A stretch of DNA of 63,494 nucleotides, filler included, from Octopus bimaculoides (lineage: Eukaryota): the NCBI RefSeq assembly GCF_001194135.2. It is 7 parts of 7 records of this genome, joined end to end, with 100 filler letters (N's around TTAATTAATTAA, not from the genome) between each part and the next. Parts side by side here need not be neighbours in the genome. Positions count along the whole stretch, not along the records: positions 59,262 to 63,494 come from NC_069005.1; 6 more parts are not named here. One strand, given 5' to 3'. The notes under the pieces are model-generated. The model had not been told where the DNA came from, ran no database searches, and was given only the letters and a program-made list of their open reading frames with translations. Shown one piece after another: positions 62,726 to 63,494 of this stretch. Every line of letters begins with the position of its first letter. Positions within the stretch are counted from its first letter, which is position 1. The position numbers and the translations under genes were made by a program.

Positions 62726-63463
62726 TGTGTGTGTGTATGTGTATGGTAACAAAATTAGCAGGCATCAAGCATGTCAAATTTAGCTTTTTCTCCGAAAATG
62801 AGAAAAACAACATAAATGAACTTAATCGATTTTTAGATCCATATTGGTGTCTCATCAGGGCTATCGACAAAACTCAAACAACTCCCGGGGAAACAAATAG
62901 TCATTCCGTTTCTATGCTCACCAAAATTAATAACTTCACAGAATTAGAGTCGCTAATTAGCATACTAAAAGAGTTTATCATTTTATCTAATGTTATTTTT
63001 AATATTCACGGCGATCGGGAAAAGTTTAGCTTTATTATTTATATTCTCAGTGGATGCAGAAGTGAAAAAATATCTTTGAATCTATATATTGCAAGGATGC
63101 TGCGAGGATAAGGTAGCTGAGATGAACATGGGTCTTTGTGGCACGAATTGTCTATGGGTGTGTAAATATAGGAAGTGCTAGAATGGTCGTTATTCGTTAT
63201 ACTTTCGCTCTATAGACTTACTGGCGTCATTGCCCCCAAAATAATTCATAACTTTCACAAACATTAGTTGAGCACTTCTTTTTGACTATATACCTCCCTT
63301 AAACTTCTGATGCACTCTATACAGTACGCTCCGTCTCATATTAAGGCGTGTAATATATATGTACACACACCACACACACACATGTATGTACATGCATGTA
63401 CGTAAATATATATTTATATATATATGTTTGTATATATATATGCATGTATATGTTTGTATATAT

Positions 63464-63494
<31 letters not shown>

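Noticed and set aside
62581-63111. 176-aa ORF
   Set aside because: The N-terminal half is microsatellite and the remainder has no recognisable domain or exon boundaries.

Overview
Repeat-dense animal genomic DNA, most likely octopus or another cephalopod. This is inferred from the tRNA-head SINE families, extreme microsatellite density and the style of the tandem C2H2 array. Six 100-bp joins (44 N + TTAATTAATTAA + 44 N) split the window into seven segments. FNTA, the GLYAT-like gene and the zinc-finger ORF are all cut at or near these joins, so adjacency across them should not be trusted. Host genes found: (1) the last five coding exons of FNTA (+, 11155-17273); (2) four coding exons of a glycine N-acyltransferase-like gene (-, 25963-22414), convergent with FNTA; (3) an isolated exon encoding a six-cysteine ShKT domain (+, 31170-31296); (4) a C2H2 zinc-finger ORF with at least 18 fingers (-, 48912 to the gap at 47199). 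Mobile DNA: three pieces of L1/Tx1-like LINEs; I/Jockey-, CR1-, RTE- and R4/Dong-like LINE fragments; four Tc1/mariner derivatives, including a DD41D element and a fold-back rearrangement; a long-TIR MITE; Penelope-like repeats with hammerhead-like cores; and many SINEs. I found no convincing new multi-gene system. The best leads are the ShKT exon, the hammerhead-like structured repeats, the fold-back/inverted-repeat elements, a SINE head fused to a LINE 5' end, and the unusual recognition helices of the zinc-finger protein.
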